This document shows positions 44,462-59,959 of a DNA stretch of 64,000 bases, in pieces. The notes under the pieces were generated by a model. The model saw only the letters and a program-made list of their open reading frames with translations, ran no database searches and was not told the origin of the DNA. The stretch lies in the NCBI RefSeq assembly GCF_009914755.1, contig NC_060930.1; one strand, written 5' to 3'. A program made the translations under genes and the position numbers. This DNA comes from the human T2T-CHM13v2.0 reference genome, Homo sapiens. Each line of letters opens with the position of its first letter. The first letter of the stretch is position 1.

Positions 44462-46409
44462 TTTCAGATTCATTTTCAAAAAGTTCTAATTCCTTCTTGT
44501 TATTCACGGAAAAGAAATCAGGTTTTGTTTGCCTTACTATTATTTACAATATAGACAATAGTTTTAATACTGTGGGAATGAAGCACTTGAGTATTTTTTG
44601 TCTTTTGAATGTCAGTGAGTTCTATTTTCAGAAATTTGGCATGGGTTCAGCATAAATTTATGTGACATATATTTAGTGATTAAGACAAAAAGAATAGCAC
44701 TCACTGACATTGCTAAATAAAAATTTTCCAGTACTACCAATATAATTTATCTTGTTTATTATAGCTTTAAGAATTTTTCTAGAAAACTGAAGATAGCAGA
44801 GAATTAACACAACTCTAAAATATCCTGAAAACTAATTTTTGCTTATATGATTGAGAAAATTATCTTCACATTTCACATTGCAGACTCTGTCTACCTTCAG
44901 TGAAATATTTTTGGCTTAGAAAACTAGTGTCTAGAACACATTAGGTTTCAGAAACAGTTTTTTGGCACTTCTGTAAGAAACTCCACTCAACTTATTGTGA
45001 AATTGTATTAAGTAAATTAAGTGAAAATTGTTTAGTAAGTATTCAATATTGTGTTAGGTGGTATAGCTATTAAGGGAAAAAAAGATGAGTTGTGGCCTTT
45101 GCCCTCACTTGTCTGATAAAATAGTTGAGAAGAGACGTAAAGCAACAATTAATAAAACAGGACAGCTCAGAGTAATGTGTATGCTGATTTTTAGAAGTTC
45201 TGAGATGAGAGAGAGAAAGATGGAGCAAATATAAACATAGAAGCTAAGAACAGAGGACACGGAGAGAGCAAGTTCATCCTGCATTTCTGACCACTTTTCT
45301 GTTATTCTTTCCTTGAGGCTCCACTGAAATGAATGAAACCTGAAATGGTAGAGAAAACTGCATAGAAGAGGTGAGATTTGATCTGGGGCCTGATGGAAGA
45401 GGCAAGATTGGAGAGGATAAAGGGTTGAGTGGATAACATAAGTCACAGCACAGAAATGAGAATATGCTCAGTTTTGCAGAGAAGCAATGCCTAACTAGAG
45501 TACAAGTGCATATTGAAGCCATGGGAAATTATACTGGGTGAAGATGGTGGATAAAGAGATGTCAGAGGAGTGTAAACATGAAGCAGCAGAACATAGGGAA
45601 TGGCTGAGCACAGGGAATAAAAGAATTAAAATTGGGTTTGGAGAGATTAGTTGGTCAAGGTTATGCAAGACACACTGGAAGGGTGGAGACTGGCATCAAG
45701 CCAGTTAACTAGGGCATTGCTGTAGTGTTCCTTCCATGAGACAGCAAGGACTTGGGCCAGGACATGTGTGTCAGTGCATATGGTGAGACAGGATGAAAGC
45801 TTTTCAAGGAAGAAAAATACCTGGCTTGAGCATGCTGGGCTAGAGATGATGGTAGGACTTCTTGTCTAGCAGGAGTTTGAAGGTATGAGGCTGGAGCTTA
45901 GGGGAGAGGGCAGCAGGGAGAAACAGACTGACACAGAAGGGAGAGCCAATGGCATAGAAGTTACAACTGAAACTGAGAATGGAAGAGATTTCAGAAAGAA
46001 AGAATGTGAAGGGAAGGACAGAGAAATGTGAGTTGGGAAGCACCCACATTTAGGACATAGGATGAGTAAGATGAGCAAGCGCAAGAGGGAACACCCGGTC
46101 TGGAGTGTGAGACTCAGAGTGTGGCCAGAGAACCAAGGGAGCAGAGTGCTAAGGAGGAGGATGTCACCACTAGGGCAGGAAGAAGCTGGATGATCCAGAA
46201 GGTGAGGTCCTTTAGGAGAAGAGTTTCAATGGCAATCTGGGACTGGAAACGGGATCACATGGATGAAGGAGGAGCAGCAAGGCGATGGGCCAGTGGTCAC
46301 ATCAAATAGTGAAGCAGTTATGATGACAGGCTCTGATGGTCACAGTACCTGAATCCTGGTTCCACCCAAACTGTACAACTTAACGAGTAGAAGTGTATCT
46401 AAGTCCCAG

Positions 46410-46855
46410 TGCACTGGGTTGAATATGGTCCCCCAAATTCATGTCCTTCCCAGATCAGAATGTGACCTTCTTTCGCAGTAGGGTCATTACAGACATAACT
46501 AGTTAAAATGAGGTTATAATGGAGAAGGGTGGCTCCATAATCCAATATGACTGGTGTCCTTATAAGAAGAGGAGAGAGACACAGAGAGAGACATGCACAG
46601 GGAAGACACCCAGCGTGATGACAGAGGTAGAGACTGAGGTTATGCAGTTGCAAGCCAAGGAACGCTAAGGACTGCCGGCAACACCAGAAACTAAGAAAAA
46701 GGCACAGAACAGAGTCTCCCTTGAGGCTTCAGAAGGGGCTTGCCAACACCTTGATTTTGGACTACCAGCCTCTAGGTCTATGAGAAAATAAATTTCTGCT
46801 ATTGTAAGCCACCAGTTTATAGTATTTTATTATGGCAGCATCAGGAAACTAATAT
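46410..46855 (+). mobile_element. MaLR LTR (MLT1C-like) inside a MIR
   Basis: gggttgaatatggtcccc...taatccaatatgactggtgtccttataagaagagg...gcaagccaaggaacgc...aataaatttctg...ggaaactaatata. Confidence 0.85.
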
Positions 46856-46961
46856 ACTCATCCTTAAAGTGAGGAGAATAACACTTTGCTCATAGGGAGG
46901 ATTAATATAACATGAAAAATGCTTAACACAGTGTCTGCCCCATAGAAAGAACTCAGTTAAA

Positions 46962-47091
46962 GCCAGGTGCGGTGGCTCACACCTGTAATCCCAACCACTA
47001 GGAAGGCTGAGGCAGGAAGATTGCTTGAGGCCAGGAGTTCGAGACCAGCCTGGGCAACAGAGCGGGACCCCATCGCTAGGGGAAAAAAACG
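46962..47091 (+). mobile_element. Free left Alu monomer (FLAM-like)
   Basis: Single monomer; TSD gaactcagttaaa at 46949-46961 and 47092-47104. Confidence 0.9.
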
Positions 47092-47399
47092 GAACTCAGT
47101 TAAATGTTGGCAATATACTGTGTTATTCTTTGAAGAATTTTTATTGTAAGGGAAAGGAAAAAGTGATCTTAGATGAGTCAGGTAAACAATAAAGTGAATG
47201 TTGTTTTCAATTTTGTTTCTCTTTTAATAGGAGTTATTTGTGTATATTTAAACACAGAAAATAAATAAGATCTCCAAGGAGAGGAAAATAGCTAAAGAAT
47301 TGGGAGATGATATGATATCTTCATCGAAGACCAAATCTGGTGCAAATGAAAGATTTCAAGAGATGTGACTGTAAAGTAAAATATTTTTAGTTATGTAGT

Positions 47400-47870
47400 A
47401 TTTTACTTTATAGTCACATTTGTATCATTTATAATTCCCAGTTGATATTACCCTTCAGAGAAGACACTCTGGAAGGTATGACTCTTATTCTAATGTTGTT
47501 ACCATTAGCTCAAATACTTTTGAATTTTCTTCAAAACCAGGTTATGAATTACTCAGACAAAAGTTTTACCTCTTAAGATACACCTCAGTTTTGATCAAAA
47601 TAAATATTTCCCAGGCTGGTCACTTAACTGACACAACACCAAACAACTTCTGACTATATCCAAACACCAAATCTACCCTCACATTATACACATTAGCACC
47701 ATTGAGGGCTTTTTTAAAAATGGGCCAAATATTTATCAAAGCTGTTTTTAAATACCTAAATATGAAAAACAAAATTCTGATTTTAAATGGAAAATCAACC
47801 TTGTTGGCTTAAATTCCCAATGACTTCAAACCAGGCAAGCTTTTCAATATAAGTTTTTTGAAGTTATGTA
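47400..47870. mobile_element. Ancient mariner (MARNA-like) fragment
   Basis: tatgactcttattctaatgttgttaccattagctcaaatacttttgaa...ccaaatctaccctc...gcaccattgagg resembles the MARNA consensus. Confidence 0.55.
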
Positions 47871-49065
47871 TTATACATAAATCTTTTCACAGTCATTAAT
47901 AGCCCTAACAGGCTACTGTGACTGGATCAAAAATAAAACTTCCAAGGGGTGTATTTCTATTTCAAGGGGTGGATGTCTACTCAGTAATTTCAAAGTAAGT
48001 GATCAATTTAAACCCATAGATTTATTATTTTCATTCTCATGTCTTAGACCTCAGTATATATGAGAAGGAAATGGCCTTGCTTTTCAAAGGTTTACAAAGA
48101 ATAGAAAGGAATAAACAATAATTTGAAAATGCTTAATTATCTATTCACACCATGTTCAAACTTTCAGAAGGGAAGGAAGGTGGGCAAAGGGCAAAAGGGC
48201 CTTTTTGTCTTCTCTTTAAGTAACTTTTCCAGAGGTTCCAGAGAAAGAGAGAAGAAGGTCATTAACAAAGTCACAATGAGATCTTTCATTTTTTTTTTTT
48301 AAACTTTGGTAAGAACCTAAGACCTGCCCTCTTAGCAATGAGATCCTTTAAATGGGCCTCTCCTTACACATGGACCAGGAATTTGTCAGGGCCTAATCTT
48401 CACCTTGGAGTCAATTAAATTCTTTATTCATCCTTCTACTGTACTTCACGCATTGTGTTTTTACAATAAAATACTAAACTGCACTTTGGAAGTTGAAAAT
48501 CCAGGATGAATATAAGAAAGTTGAAACTAAAGGGGAAGATCCCTTGGCAGCCAGACTCAGAAGCAAGCAGCCCTCTTTGGTTGCAGGGAGGAAGTCACAT
48601 TTTGTGGTGCAACTTGTTGGCTTACGTGCAACCCTTGGCCTAATTTTGAAAGATGACATCTAGTCAGCCATTGCCTAACTCAGTGTCTTACTCAAGAGAT
48701 GTTTGTTAATTTGATTTTTACAACTGTCTTAAATTCCTTTGGTCATCTGGAAAGATGAAGAAACTAAAATAGTTGACAGGCTGCTCTAGCTGATACAAGC
48801 ATTTTTCAAACTGAAAATTAGGTGACATGACCATGGCTATGAGGAAGGCCATTCATCTTATTCTATTTGTATAATTCCCTAAGCATTTGTGCAATATATA
48901 TATCAGTGACTGGGTACACATTTATATATATATTATGAGTACACACACACATATATGTTATATATATTATGTAATATATGTAATATATTTGCTGAGTAAA
49001 CACATTATGCTATAAATATACATATATAATACAAATAATAATACATACATATTACATATAATACA

Positions 49066-50517
49066 TAGTCATGCATTGCATAACGACATTTTGGTCAACA
49101 ATGGACCGTTTATACAGCAGTGGTCCCATAAGATAAAAATGGAGCTGAAAAATTCCTACCTATCGCTTAATGACATTGTAGACATCCTAATGTCATAGCA
49201 CAATGCATTATTTATGTGTTTATGGTGATGCTGATGTAAACAAACCTCCCATGCAGCCAGTCATATCAAAGTAGAACACATACAATTATATATAATACAC
49301 AATTGTATATAAAGAATGATAATAAAGAACTATGGGCCATGCACGGTGCCTCATGCCTGTAATCCCAGCACTTTGGGAGGCCGAGGCCGGTGAATCACCT
49401 GCGGTCAGGAGTTTGAGACCAGCGTGGCCAACATGGTGAAACCTCATCTCTACTAAATACAAAAAGTAGCCAGGTGTGGTGGCAGGCGCCTGTAATCCCA
49501 GCTACTTGGGAGGCTGAGGCAGGAGAATTGCTTGAACCCGGGAGATGGAGGTTGCAGTTATTCCGAGATTGCACCATTGCACTCCAGCCTGGAACACAGA
49601 GTGAGACTCTGTCTCAAAAAAAAAAAAAGTTAACATAAAATAGCCTCAGGTAAGTCCTTCAGGGGGGATTCCAGAAGAAGGCATTGTTACCATAGGACTT
49701 GACAGCTCCATGCGTGTTACTGCCCCTGAAGACCGTCCATGGCACAACATGTGGATGTGGAAGACAGTGATATTGACGAGCCTGACCCTGTTTAGGCCTA
49801 GGCTAATGCGTATGTTTGTGTTTTAGTTTTTAACAAAAGAATCTAAAAGGTAAAAAAAAAAAAAAAGACAAAGTTTTGCAAACAGAAAAAAGCTTATGGA
49901 ATAAGGATAGAAAGAATGAAAATATTTTTGTACAGCTGTAAAATATGTTTGTGTTTTAAACTGCTATTACAAAGAGTCAGAAAGCTTTTAAAATTTAAAA
50001 GTTTATATAGTAAAATTGTTACTGTAATCTAAGATTAATTTATCATTGTAGAAACATTTTAAAAATAAATTTAAGGTAGCCTAAGTGTGCAGTGTTTATA
50101 GAGTTTACAGTAGTGTACAGTAAGTTCCTGGGCCTTCACACTCACTCACTACTCACCCACTGACTCAGCCACAGCAACTTCCAATCCTACAAGCTCCATT
50201 CATGGTAAGTGTCCTATAGAGTTGTACCAATTTTTATCTTTTATGCCATATTTTGACTGTACCTTTTCTAAATTTAGATGTGTTTAGATGCACAAATACT
50301 TCCCATTGTGTTACAATTGCCTGTGGTATTCAGGACAGTAACCTGCTGTACAGGTTTGTAGCCTAGGAGCTATAGGCTGTACCATCTAGCAAAGGTGTGA
50401 AGTAGGCTATACTATCTAGATTTGTGTAAATACACTCCATGATGTTCACACAATGACAAAATTGACTAATGATGCATTTCCCAGAAAGAATCCTCATTGT
50501 TAAGTGATGGGTGACTA
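49066..50517. mobile_element. Tigger3(b)-like DNA transposon with internal Alu
   Basis: Terminal inverted repeats tagtcatgcattgcataacgac and gttaagtgatgggtgacta in TA-rich flanks; typical Tigger3 internal text. Confidence 0.88.
49335..49628 (+). mobile_element. AluS without recognisable TSD
   Basis: Full Alu; flanks aagaactatg and gttaacataa do not match. Confidence 0.95.
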
Positions 50518-50642
50518 TATACATTATACAAATAAAACATAATACATATGTATTATATATATTGCATATAATATGTGTAATTATAATGTGATATGGATTA
50601 TAGAATGCAAATATATTTATTAATATTATATAACACATAGAA

Positions 50643-50668
50643 TATATATATATATATATATATATATA
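50643..50668. repeat. (TA)n microsatellite
   Basis: Pure TA run. Confidence 0.95.
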
Positions 50669-50949
50669 CATGTGTTCTCAGTAACAGTTTGTTACCTATT
50701 TATTGTTTCTAATGTATGTTTTATTCTCCCTTAAATAGATGCTAAGGTCTTTGAGGGTAGAAAAAAAATCTTCTATTTCTTAACACTTATAATTAGTATA
50801 ATGAAATGAAAGTGATAAAAATTATAAATTTGTGTTCAATCTCATACTTTTACAATAGGCCAGATATTGTCATTAGTTTCCCAATTAACCCAGATATTTA
50901 CAATATGAGCTTGAAAAAGTTATCTAAGAAGGCATAAAAAATGAACATT

Positions 50950-52995
<2,046 letters not shown>

Positions 52996-53454
52996 CCATT
53001 GGAAAAATTTACTTTCAGAGTTTCAATTTTTTTAATGCAACTAATATTTCTAGTTGAATTCAATTTATGATGGATTGGGTTAGGTACCCAATTGGACAGA
53101 ACTTTAATATGGAGAAGAGTGATGGGGTAACATTTATTCTGTACGTTATATGAAAACTTAGAAAGTCATAATAAGTGAAGAAAGGTGGTCTGGATGAATT
53201 CTCTAGGAAACAGCCTTTGCCTGCTGCAAGGTGGCAGGATTTTGTGGGTAGACAAGATATACTCAAATTGTTTGTGTCTACAGAAAATTTGGATCATCTA
53301 GCTTTGATTAGTAAGCTGAATTTACCAGTTGACTTCTAGAAAATAGAATCACTGGAAACCTGGAATACAAAAGAATGCATTCTTGTCAGAGCAGTATTGG
53401 AATACTAATTAGGGAAGCTCAACCACTGAAGGAAAAGTCCCAAATTACAACAGG

Positions 53455-53952
53455 TTGCTAACCTAAAATAATCAAAATGGTCAAAATCTAGTTTAAGGAG
53501 AGTGTGTTCAAGTGCAATGGGGGGATGGCCCACCTAGGAAGTACAGATTCCAAAGAATGGAAGCCAGTGTTCCAAAGTGTAGGACTTATCTAAGCTTTAA
53601 TGCCTCGTTACAATGATCTGATTAGCTAAGGTGGTCTTTTTCCCTTGAGAAAGGTACATTTAACATTCCACATGGAAGACGTAACTGTTATGGGGTCCTG
53701 AGCACCATCTAGTCTGAGTTAGATACAGGACAAAGGAGGCAGCTAATCTATAACAAAGATCAGTGATTGGAAGGAAAGATCTGGGCTCTGATCTGTCTTA
53801 CTCATTTACAGAACAAGAACAGTGAGGAAGACAGTTAAGCTATAATGTAAGAAGCAGAATTCCAAACATATGACGTGACTCAGTCTCCAGGGCTTACCTT
53901 CCCTGTTGGCATAATAAATTCAGAGGGTCCTAAAATTTTATTTTCTTTTATA
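53455..53952 (-). mobile_element. ERV1 MER4-group-like solo LTR
   Basis: taacctaaaataatcaaaa...gattccaaagaatggaagccagtg...ggcataataaattcagagggtcctaaaattttattttcttt; subfamily uncertain. Confidence 0.55.
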
Positions 53953-54697
53953 AACTCTATACCAAGGAAGTTCAAAGGGGATTCCAGATCAGCTGGGGGG
54001 CTCTCTGTCCTGTTCTATGCACTCTTTCAAGAAGCCAGGCTGATACTGGCTTTGACATCTTTGACATGTGACTTTCAAAAATACTGGAGTGTCACCATCC
54101 CAATGAATCAGAAAAGTAAAAAGAGTATGGAGCAACAGTTAAAAGAGGTTTTGATATGCCAGGCATGGAAGTGGCACACATCACATCTGGGCACGTTCCA
54201 AGGCCATACTTCCCTGCAAGGGTGGCTGGGAAATGTATCAGGTTGTATGCCCAGGAAGAAGAGATTTTAGTGAACAGTGAGTATCTATGCCTCAAAAGTC
54301 ATTCAACAAGCAGATCTAAAGTTCCTGTAAGTTTTGAGCCTCAGAAGTCTTATTAAAACAAGGGGCAAATTGAGGAAGTAATGGTTAAATTTTGGGGATT
54401 TGGATTCAGACAGTATTGGGCTAGGTGACCTTGGCAGGTTACTGGCTGCCCAGAGCCACAATTTCCTTATTTGAAAAGTGAAGCTAATAACAGCACAACC
54501 TTAAAAGGGTGTTGTGAGGGTTAACAGTTTACAGACTGGTATGTGAAAGATAGAAAGTGTTAAATAAATGATAGTTTTCAAGCTGTTCATGACAACTCCA
54601 CTTCTCATTTCAAAGCTTCTTTCAATAATAGGAGGGTCGTGCCTTCTGTTGAACATACTGTATAACCCAGGTGTCTTCAAATCTCCTGAATTTCTCA

Positions 54698-55174
54698 GAT
54701 GGTTAATTTTGTGTGTTAAGTAGAATTATGGTTAATTTTATGTGTCAACATGACTGGGCCATGGAATATCCAGTTATTTGGTCAAACATTATTTGGGGTG
54801 TTTCTGTGAGAGTGTTTTTAGGTGAGAGTAACATCTACATTGGTGGATGAAATAAAGCAGACTGCCCTCCCTCATGTGGGTGCCTCATCCAATCAGCTGA
54901 AGACTTGAATAGAGTAAAAAGGCTCCCCCAAGGCAGGCAGAATTCTTGCCTAAGTGTCTGAACGGAAACATTGCTCTCCTAGTTCTCAGGCAATGCAGTC
55001 TCAGACTGGAACTACACTATTGGCTCTCCTGGATCGCCAGCTTGCCAACTCACCCTGCAGATCCTGGGATTTGTCAGCCTCCATAATCGTGTGAGCCAAC
55101 TTCTCATAATAAATGTCTTTCTATACATAGGCAACCTATTAGTTCTGTTTCTCTGGGAGAATCCTGACTAATAC
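54698..55174 (+). mobile_element. MLT2 (ERVL) LTR
   Basis: atggttaattttatgtgtcaacatgactgggcca...taaagcagactgccctcc...cagcctccataatcgtgtgagccaa...gagaatcctgactaatac. Confidence 0.88.
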
Positions 55175-56934
55175 TCTTTCCCTAACTAAAATGCTGCATA
55201 CAGTTGGGAGCCCCTGAAACCCATTTTCTTACCAATGTTTAGTAAATGGTCTAGGTTTGGGAGAAGAATAGGGCTATTTTTAATGGGCATTTGTCACTAA
55301 ACTTTCATTTCTCCTGTATTCTCAATTTTATCACTTACCTTTCCTTAATACTATAGTTTCCACCCTACATTAAATTATTTCTTCATGCCCAAACATCACT
55401 TTCCACACTTTTACTAAAGGAAACAGTGTTATGGCCCAGGAAGGGCAGGTGACTCCCAGACAGCATGGATCTAAGTGGCTGGGAGCCAGGGGTCGGGGGA
55501 GAATTTTCACTGATTGCACGTCATATCATGAGAGTTTTGAGTCATATGAATTCATCACACTAAAAAAAAAAAAAGGTGGGAAAGAGGTAGATTCTTGCCC
55601 ATCAAGAAAATCCTTCACAATTTCTTTCTGCTTGTTCTTTAAAATAAATAATTATTTAGAAGATTGCCATTTCCATACAGTTCTAAAAAATCTATTAATA
55701 TTTAAATATTACAGTAATAAAAACTAGTATTCATTGAGTATTTACTGCTCCAGACTCCACTCTAAGCACTTAATTACTAAGTACTTTGATCCTCAGAATA
55801 TCTCAAGGAAATATTATAATTAAATATATACTATCTATAATGAATAACAGATATATTATACATATAATAGAATATTATAGTTCAAATTTTACAGAGGAGA
55901 AAACTGAAAGTTACAGAGGTTAAGTAACTCACTGAATGTTGAATGTTCACTCCTGGTAAAGCAATAAAATCAGGATTAAAACTTAGGTAGTTTAGCTGTA
56001 GAAGTAAGAAATAGAAAAAAATATATACTCTTAAATCTGATGGAGAAGGGGAGGAAAAGGAGGTTATAAGGAAGTGGAGTTATATGATTTTAGGATTGCT
56101 GAGAGTGGATGGTCACTAGATACATTCTAAACAGAGGATGAAGTGTATATCAGTTATGGTCACAGAGATTACTATAAAATACAAAAACAAAACCAATCCT
56201 TTCAAATTATAAGGAACATAAACAAAGCAAAGGAAACACAAACCATACCCATGAAATACTTTTTTAAAAGAAGCAACAAAAATAGAAATAATAATATAAC
56301 TATGATGCAAGTAATACCACATATTTATTATATCAACGACTAGAAATTATCTAGAAGTTCTTCTATTAAATTAGAAATTTCATATTGGAATACGATGTCA
56401 AACTCCTAAAACAAAATTATTCAAAGTTGAAAAAGAATGGAAAAATACATATCAGGCAAATGCAAACAGAAAGCAGGACTTAAGACCTTAACATCAGACA
56501 AGATTCACATAAATTTTAAAAGCATTTTATAATGGAAATTAATATATTTTTAATTTAAGAAAGCAAAATCACAAATCTTACATACATATGTGTTCACTAA
56601 AACACAGAATCAAAATTCGTAAAGCGCAAACTACAAAAAGTACACAGAAATATAGGCTGAAATATATTATTTGTAGAAGACTTAACCTCACTCAGCCTGT
56701 GTTAAGACTGCATTATTTGTTCATTACCATTTGTTGCCCCCTCCCATTCATTCTTTCCATCCTTCTCTGTAGGCAGAATATACTTTTTTATCCCATTCAC
56801 TTAGGGGCTTAACTATGCAATCTGCTTCAAACAAGGGAATGTGGATATGTGACATGCATGTGACATGGACCCCATATCTGAGCATGAACTTTAAATGCAC
56901 CTGTGTAGTTTAGCCCTGCCTCTCTTGTCCATGC

Positions 56935-57180
56935 CAGAGCTGGGATAAGGATGAGGTGGGTGAGACAAGGTCTTGCAAGTGCAGGGTGAGATTCTGTGTT
57001 TATTTAAAATTTTGGTATTTCATTAATCATGGATTTTTGCATGAATTTTTATTTTTAAAAATATTATATTAGTATATTATTTATCTTGATAACAGAGTGT
57101 TTCAGAGTCTGTTGTCAAGACTTGCAGGCAAGGCTTTGCAGGCAAGGCCAGTGTCCCATTGTAGCCCTGGTTCCAGCCCT
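56935..57180. mobile_element. hAT-type MITE (MER96B-like) inside an old MLT1 fragment
   Basis: gtgcagggtgagattctgtgtttatttaaaattttggtat...catggatttttgcat...tattatttatcttgat. Confidence 0.55.
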
Positions 57181-57287
57181 ATACCATGAGAATGGCATGT
57201 ACTCAGAGCGTGACATCTTCCTCAGCCTCAGGTATGAAATGAGAAGACCTGTGGAGCTGGACTGAGCTGAATCAAGCTGAATCAGTC

Positions 57288-57867
57288 TAGATTTTGGACT
57301 TGCATGGGGCCTGTAGCTCCTTTGTTGTGGCCAATGTCTCCCATTCGGAATGGCTGTATTTATCCAATGCGTGTACCCCCATTGTATCTAGGAAGTAACT
57401 AACTTGCTTTTGATTTTACAGGCTTATAGGCGGAAGGGACTAGCCTTGTTTCAGATGAGACTTTGGACTGTGGACTATTGAGTTGATGCTGAAATGAGTT
57501 AAGACCTTGGGGAACTGTTGGGAAGGCATGATTGATTTTGAAATGTGAGGACATGAGAGTTGGCAGGGACCAGGGGAGGAATGATATAATTTGGCTCTGT
57601 ATGGTTTTATCAAGGGTCTCCACTTTTGCGTCTTCCTCATTCTCTCGTTGCCTGCTGCCACCCATGTAAGACGGGACTTGCTCCTCCTTGCCTTCCACCA
57701 TGATTGTGAGGCTTCCCCAGTCACATGGAACTGTAAGTCCAATTAAACCTCTTTCTTTATAAATTGCCCAGTTTTGGGTATGTCTTTATCTGCAGCGTGA
57801 AAATGGACTAATACGTTAAGTTGATACCAGTAGAGTGGGGTGCTTCTGAAAAGATACCTGAAAATGT
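57288..57867 (+). mobile_element. THE1 (MaLR): internal 3' end + internally deleted LTR (57582-57815) + internal 5' start
   Basis: int 3' text (acccccattgtatctaggaagtaactaacttgc...ggaccaggggaggaa), LTR tgatataatttggctctgt...aatggactaatac, then taccagtagagtggggtgcttctgaaaagatacctgaaaatgt. Confidence 0.9.
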
Positions 57868-59959
57868 TTTTCTCAAAAGATCAATATCATTTTATATTTT
57901 AATTGATTTTAAAAAGCTTTCCTCTAGGTTGTCTCTGGACAGTTTTAAAAATGACTAAGGCTAATGGGTGTTCCCTCACTTACATGAGAGAAATAAACCA
58001 GGAATTTTGGTTTATGAATTACGTTTGTGAATTGTTTCACGCTGAAGGGCACAGAGTTGAAAGGAAATTTTTGGATTCACTTGGGGTGGTCCCTGATTTC
58101 TGACAGGAACGTGACTAAACTCTTCCTGAATTGGTGTATTAATTCAAAATAAAAAATCTGTAGGAAAGAAATTCCAAAACTTTCATTTGTATTAACTCAG
58201 TTTTGGGTTTCATAACTCTGGCTGTTGGGAAAATGTCTAATTCTCTTAAGGATATAAGCTTCCAACACAGTCAAGATCATTACTTTTATCAAGGAAAACC
58301 TAAGTAGCCTAGAGAGTAGAGATCTTATCTTCAAATGTTACAGATAACACCTTGCACAGAACATTACAGATAGTAGATGCCAAATAAATATAGACGCCAA
58401 TTAAATTGAACTGAACAGCAGGGGTGAAGTTGTTGGGCAGCAAATAACATTACTGACTTGAGACTTCATTGCTGTGTCTTTCTCATTTCCTGACATGAAC
58501 ACTTGGATTCTGTAAAAAATATTTATTCAGAACAAGAACAATGCTGACTTTTCTATGAAGATCATTCAGTGATTCATTCAACAAATATTTGTGGTGCAGG
58601 TGCCAGGCACTGTCCCAGGTTCTGAATATTTTCACTGCGTGCTACTGTGTTTTAAATAATAGTGTGCAATCCTAAGAACGTAAACTAACTAAAGGTTTCT
58701 GATATGAGAGTTTAATGAGCCCCTGCTCAGGGAGTTTGCTGTGAACCCTTCACTGAATGTGGTCACATTCCCTAACATCACTAATTATGTAATGCCAAGT
58801 CCCTTAAGAATATCATTAGGTAACCTGCACTTCCCCATCAAGAATCTTAAAGTGAGGGAGTTAACAGTGGGTTAAGAAAGATAATGTGGTTGCTAGAAAG
58901 AATAATAGACCAGGAATTCAGAAACTGAGCTGTGAAGTGCTGTCATCTCTGTCAAGTCACTTAATTCACAGAATCTGTTTCCCTATCTGTAAAATAAAAT
59001 TAGAAAAATGTTAAAGCGCTCTTTTAGGTTTGATATTCTGTAATCTTGTTAATAGATCTAATTAAGTCTAAATTCTAGGAGGAAGATAAACTCTACATTA
59101 AGAGTTTTGGCTCAATTCCTATTAATGGTGCAAAAATTTCTCTTATGTTGTGACATCAAAAAGAAAATACAAATAAACAAAGAAATAAATGTGTATGTAA
59201 ATATTATTTTAAAGTGGTCACCAAGAGCACCATTTGACAGGTAATTTGACCCTTCAGTGCTTTGTCAAATATACTTCATGATTTAGCTACAGCAGGTATT
59301 TCTTCACTTCTCTTTGTAAATTTTTCTTTATCCAGATGGCAGAGGGGTTGAAAAAAGGTGGGGGGAGGGGCTGGCTACTGCATATTTATGTTACTGCTAA
59401 AACTTAAATTTTTATTTTTTAAAGTTAGAAGGTTTCCAATTTCGAGGAGTTTAACTTGTAGTTGGATTTTAGATGCTCCTCTGGCTAACGCTGGACATGA
59501 AGACAGACAGCAAAGCGTGGGGAGAGAGATCTAGTTTAAGTTCGAGGGAAAAAAATAACAGACGCAACTTAGATAAAAGAATACTACCATCAAAAAAAGG
59601 GGGGCTAGAGCCGGCGATGGCCTTGAGGATTAGGACACCTGCCGAGCCTGGAGTAAACAGGTAATGTCAGGCAGGTCCTGGAACCCCGGGAGGCCCAAGT
59701 TCTTGCTGCGGGAAGAGGGATTAGCAGAATGATAACGCAGGTCTGTTTGTGTTTTAGGGGTTTTAACATGCATTCTGCAAGTAAGTGACCTATCCAGGTC
59801 ATTCGATTCAGGCTCAGAAAAAAAACCCCGCAAATTAATATATCTAAATGCTGAGATAGTGACACCTTTTTAAAAAAGTTATACATAAGCATCTTTATCA
59901 AAAAGCATTACATTTTAAGGCAAAAATCTGAACTGTCACAGTATCCACCTCACCGAGTT

